A stretch of DNA of 63,692 nt, filler included. It is 6 parts of 6 records of this genome, joined end to end, with 100 filler letters (N's around TTAATTAATTAA, not from the genome) between each part and the next. Parts side by side here need not be neighbours in the genome. Positions count along the whole stretch, not along the records: positions 57,554 to 63,692 come from DRR723986_9340; 5 more parts are not named here. One strand, written 5' to 3'. The notes below the pieces were generated by a model, which saw only the letters and a program-made list of their open reading frames with translations, had not been told where the DNA came from and ran no database searches. Positions 60,387 through 63,692 of this stretch are shown in pieces. A program made the translations under genes and the position numbers. Each line of letters starts with the position of its first letter. Positions within the stretch are counted from its first letter, which is position 1.

Positions 60387-61316
60387 TCATTGCTCAGCCG
60401 GAAATAGATCTCTTCGTGTAGCTGCCTTGCCAAGGTCCCGTGCCATATTGACGAAAGCCCGGAAGGCGGCCGAAGGGTTTTTGCGCCCGGGATAATAGAG
60501 ACACAGCGGCGACGTTGGCGGGGTCCAATCCTGCAGGACCCGTTCAAGCCGCCCGGCAGCGATGTCGTCGCGCACGTTGGCTTCCATGAAAAACCCGATC
60601 CCGTTCCCGTCGAGAACAGCCATTCGTGCAAGCGAAGCTTCATCAAGTGTAATCGGACCCTCCACGTCGATCAGGAGGGCATTGCCATCCTTCTCGAAAT
60701 GCCAGCGATAAAGTGCACCGTTTGGCAGCCGGACACGGATGCATTGGTGAGCCAGAAGATCGGGTGGTGCGGCCGGCCTCCCATGTTCTTCAAGGTAGGC
60801 GGGGGTGGCGACCACGGCAAAGCTGCGAGGCGCCCCCAGCGGCACAGCGATCATGTCACTTGGCACCAGGTCGGCGGTCCGGATTCCCAAATCGAACCCT
60901 TCGGCAACGATATCGACGATCCGGCCTTCGGTGACGAGATCGATGTGAACCTGTGGGTAGCGCTGCAGGAACGCCAGAACGAGCGGCGCAAACACTTCCC
61001 GGGCAGCTGTTGCGAAAGCATTGATGCGCAATGTCCCCGAAGGCGTGTCCTGTTGCGAGCGCACGGCTGCCATTGCGTCCTGGATGTCACGCAGTGCGGG
61101 AGACACCTGTTCGACGAATGTTCGACCGGCATCCGTCAACGAGACACTTCGCGTGGTGCGATTGAACAGGCGAACGCCGAGTTGCCGTTCCAACTTGCCA
61201 ATAAGGTTGCTGAGCGCCGTCGTCGACAGCCCGAGTTCGAGCGCCGCCGCACGGAAAGACCCTCGATTGGCGATGGCCAGAACCGCTTCAAGTTCTCCCA
61301 GGATCTGACGTGACAT
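60387..61316 (-). CDS. LysR-type regulator (CrgA-like)
   Basis: [38 protein letters not shown]. Confidence 0.95.
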   Translation of the reverse strand: MSRQILGELEAVLAIANRGSFRAAALELGLSTTALSNLIGKLERQLGVRLFNRTTRSVSLTDAGRTFVEQVSPALRDIQDAMAAVRSQQDTPSGTLRINAFATAAREVFAPLVLAFLQRYPQVHIDLVTEGRIVDIVAEGFDLGIRTADLVPSDMIAVPLGAPRSFAVVATPAYLEEHGRPAAPPDLLAHQCIRVRLPNGALYRWHFEKDGNALLIDVEGPITLDEASLARMAVLDGNGIGFFMEANVRDDIAAGRLERVLQDWTPPTSPLCLYYPGRKNPSAAFRAFVNMARDLGKAATRRDLFPAEQ

Positions 61317-61450
61317 TGTTCCGATTTTCGTGATCTTACATCCAGCTTTATCCCAATTATCGCGATTAAGGTCCAGCCATATATTTCGACCATCGACGCC
61401 GGAACACACCGCTGATCCGGCTGGACCATCACCAGAAACGGAGATGTCAG

Positions 61451-61780
61451 ATGGATATCCGGTTACCAGGACCGATTGCTGCCTATTTCGAAGCTGACGG
61501 AAACAGGAATGCCGATGCCGTCGCTGAATGTTTCAGCGAAGACGCGGTCGTCAAGGACGAGAAAAACGTGCATGCGGGACGCACCGCGATCCGCCGATGG
61601 AAGGCGGAAGCTTCAACAAAGTACTCCTACACCGTCGAACCTTTCGCAATCGAGGTGGAAGGAAATCGCAAGGTGGTGACGGGCCACGTTGTCGGGAACT
61701 TTCCCGGCAGCCCGGTCGACCTGAGGTATTTTTTCCGCCTGACGGACGAGAAGATTGCTGAACTGGAGATCCTGCCGTGA
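61451..61780 (+). CDS. NTF2/SnoaL-like protein
   Basis: YFEA...[11 protein letters not shown]...[14 protein letters not shown]. Confidence 0.88.
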   Translation: MDIRLPGPIAAYFEADGNRNADAVAECFSEDAVVKDEKNVHAGRTAIRRWKAEASTKYSYTVEPFAIEVEGNRKVVTGHVVGNFPGSPVDLRYFFRLTDEKIAELEILP

Positions 61781-62559
61781 GCAAGTTCCTCAGTCTTGAA
61801 GGCAAACGGGCGCTTGTCACGTCCGGAACACGAGGCGCAGGAGCTGCGACGGTCAGACTATTCCGGGAACTCGGGGCCGAAGTGCTGACAAGCGCCCGGA
61901 CCAGGCCGGACACGCTTGAAGGTGGCGTCCAGTTCGTCGCGGCAGACCTGACCACGACCGAAGGGTGCGATGACCTTGCCGCCGCTGTCCGGGAAAGGCT
62001 GGGAGGCGTAGACATCATTGTTCATATGCTCGGCGGTTCCTCTGCTCCGGGAGGCGGGTATGTCGCCCTGACGGACGTCGAGTGGCATAACGAGCTCTAC
62101 CTCAATCTCTTTCCTGCGGTTCGCCTGGACCGGCAACTCGTGCCGGACATGGTTGAACGGGGAAGTGGTGTCGTCATCCACGTTTCGTCGATCCAGAGGG
62201 AACTGCCGTTGCCTGAATCGACGACCGCCTATGCGGCGGCGAAGGCAGCGCTATCCACCTACAGCAAGGCCCTGTCGAAAGAAGTCTCGCCAAGGGGCGT
62301 GCGTGTGCTGCGTGTATCGCCCGGGTGGATTGAGACGGAAGCGTCGGTGCGTCTTGCCGACCGTCTCGCCAAGCAGGCCGGCACCGATTACGAGGGCGGC
62401 AAGAAGATGATCATGGATGCGCTTGGCGGAATACCGATCGGTCGCCCGACAAAACCGGAAGAGGTCGCGAACCTGATTGCGTTCGTGGCGTCCGACCGCG
62501 CGGCCACGATCACCGGCACCGAATACGTCATTGACGGGGGCACCATACCGACAACGTAG
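61777..62559 (+). CDS. SDR family oxidoreductase
   Basis: [21 protein letters not shown]. Confidence 0.94.
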   Translation: MSKFLSLEGKRALVTSGTRGAGAATVRLFRELGAEVLTSARTRPDTLEGGVQFVAADLTTTEGCDDLAAAVRERLGGVDIIVHMLGGSSAPGGGYVALTDVEWHNELYLNLFPAVRLDRQLVPDMVERGSGVVIHVSSIQRELPLPESTTAYAAAKAALSTYSKALSKEVSPRGVRVLRVSPGWIETEASVRLADRLAKQAGTDYEGGKKMIMDALGGIPIGRPTKPEEVANLIAFVASDRAATITGTEYVIDGGTIPTT

Positions 62560-62577
62560 ACGTGACGAACGCGCGGA

Positions 62578-63048
62578 TCAGGCGGGAGTGCCCCACCCGC
62601 CGATCTGAGAATAGATCGTGTCGCGAAGATTTCGGATGTTCTTGTTGAGGCTCGCGAGGTCTTCGGGGCTTTGCATCGAAGCCGTCAGCAGAGCCTCGCC
62701 AAGGCATCCTGCCCTGGACTGAAGCGCACGGCCCTTGTCGGTCAACGCCACGACAACCTGTCGCTCGTTGTTTGGATTTCGGGTTCTTTCCAGCAGTCCC
62801 GCCGTTTCGAGACGCTTGAGAAGCGGCGTGAGTGTACTGGATTCCAACGCCAGGGTCTCGGCGATTGCCCCGACTGTCTTCTGGTCGTCGCGCCAGAGAA
62901 CATTGAGAACGAGATACTGCGGATAGGTCACCCCGAGCTCGTCAAGAAGGGGTTTGTAGACGCGCTGAATGGCAATCCCTGCCGAATAGATCGCGTAGCA
63001 GAGTTGATCGTCCAAAGGCGGTGGACTGTTCTTCCGGTCATTCGTCAT
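62578..63048 (-). CDS. MarR/OhrR family regulator
   Basis: LDDQLCYAIY (conserved Cys), TYPQYLV, TLTPLLKRLE. Confidence 0.93.
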   Translation of the reverse strand: MTNDRKNSPPPLDDQLCYAIYSAGIAIQRVYKPLLDELGVTYPQYLVLNVLWRDDQKTVGAIAETLALESSTLTPLLKRLETAGLLERTRNPNNERQVVVALTDKGRALQSRAGCLGEALLTASMQSPEDLASLNKNIRNLRDTIYSQIGGWGTPA

Positions 63049-63094
63049 GCGCTGCTCCTTTGCCCCCGTATATCAAACCACATCACGAGAAACA

Positions 63095-63170
63095 ATATCG
63101 CGATAATATTTCTCTTGACCTGAAAATTCGATCCCTATAATCACTCTTATCGCGATAACTGTTATCGCTA
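63095..63170. promoter_or_regulatory. Putative MarR operators
   Basis: Palindrome TATCGCGATA at 63096-63105 and 63148-63157, plus a half-site at about 63162, in the divergent intergenic region. Confidence 0.65.
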
Positions 63171-63188
63171 CTTGTTTGGAGAAGAACC

Positions 63189-63692
63189 ATGAAGACCAAG
63201 ACGAAAATGTTTGTTCTGGCGGCTGCCGCCGCTGCCGTCATCGGACTGAAGTCCGCGAATGCGTCAGACACCATTCCGGCGGATCAGACTGTCAGGAATG
63301 TTGTGCTTGTTCACGGCGCTTTTGCGGATGGCTCCGGCTGGCGCGGCGTCTATGACGAACTGACAACGCGTGGATACCGGGTCACCATCGTCCAGAACCC
63401 GCTGACATCTCTGGAAGACGATGTTGCGGCCACCAAACGCGCATTGGACCGGCAGGACGGCCCGGCCATTCTTGTCGGGCATTCCTGGGGCGGCACGGTC
63501 ATTACCGAAGCGGGGGTCGACCAGAAGGTTGCCGGGTTGGTCTATGTCTCGGCGCTTTCACCGGATGCCGGCGAAACGACAGCTCAACAATATGATGGAT
63601 TTCCAGCGGCTTCCGAGTTCGTCATCGACACTTCGGAAGACGATTTCGCCTATGTCGACCGGGAAAAATTCAAATCCGGCTTTGCCCATGAC
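63189..63692 (+). CDS. Exported alpha/beta hydrolase (3' truncated)
   Basis: Signal peptide, VLVHGAFADGSGW, nucleophile elbow GHSWGG. Absent from the ORF track because it has no stop in the window. Confidence 0.93.
   Translation, partial: MKTKTKMFVLAAAAAAVIGLKSANASDTIPADQTVRNVVLVHGAFADGSGWRGVYDELTTRGYRVTIVQNPLTSLEDDVAATKRALDRQDGPAILVGHSWGGTVITEAGVDQKVAGLVYVSALSPDAGETTAQQYDGFPAASEFVIDTSEDDFAYVDREKFKSGFAHD

Noticed and set aside
1-63692. CRISPR array or cas genes
   Set aside because: No repeat-spacer series or Cas motif is visible. The contig-end element is only a hypothesis for a leader.

Overview
The window is not one locus. It is six unrelated contigs joined by artificial 100-nt N-linkers carrying TTAATTAATTAA (at 15124, 24317, 29904, 38729, 57454). 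Contig 1 (1-15123) and contig 5 (38829-57453) look like a moderate-GC FCB-group organism (Bacteroidota/Ignavibacteria/Kapabacteria-like, inferred from a T9SS sorting domain and gene style). Contig 1 has pgm, a TonB-dependent receptor next to a TPR/coiled-coil histidine kinase, redox genes, and an AT-rich MTase/DUF3883-nuclease/DUF5131-pseudogene island. Contig 5 has kinases, cheW, a cobalamin-riboswitch operon, dusB, ilvE, rpsF-rplI without rpsR, and an E2 acyltransferase. Contigs 2-4 are high-GC and Rhodobacteraceae-like: a polysaccharide cluster, a creatinase/desaturase/ABC cluster, and tatD plus the left end of a Mu-like prophage. Contig 6 is alphaproteobacterial (sugar ABC/LacI, LysR/SDR, MarR/hydrolase). 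The best candidate for a new system is the B12-riboswitch operon. It encodes a BtuB-like receptor and a non-lipidated, T9SS-tailed protein made of two tandem, apparently circularly permuted BtuG-like beta-propellers, possibly a secreted cobalamin scavenger. Other notable signals are a shared ~105-150-nt noncoding element at which both FCB contigs end, a possible periplasm-spanning TBDR-kinase pair, and the missing rpsR behind an S6:S18-type leader. All family assignments come from motif recognition by eye; no database searches were run.
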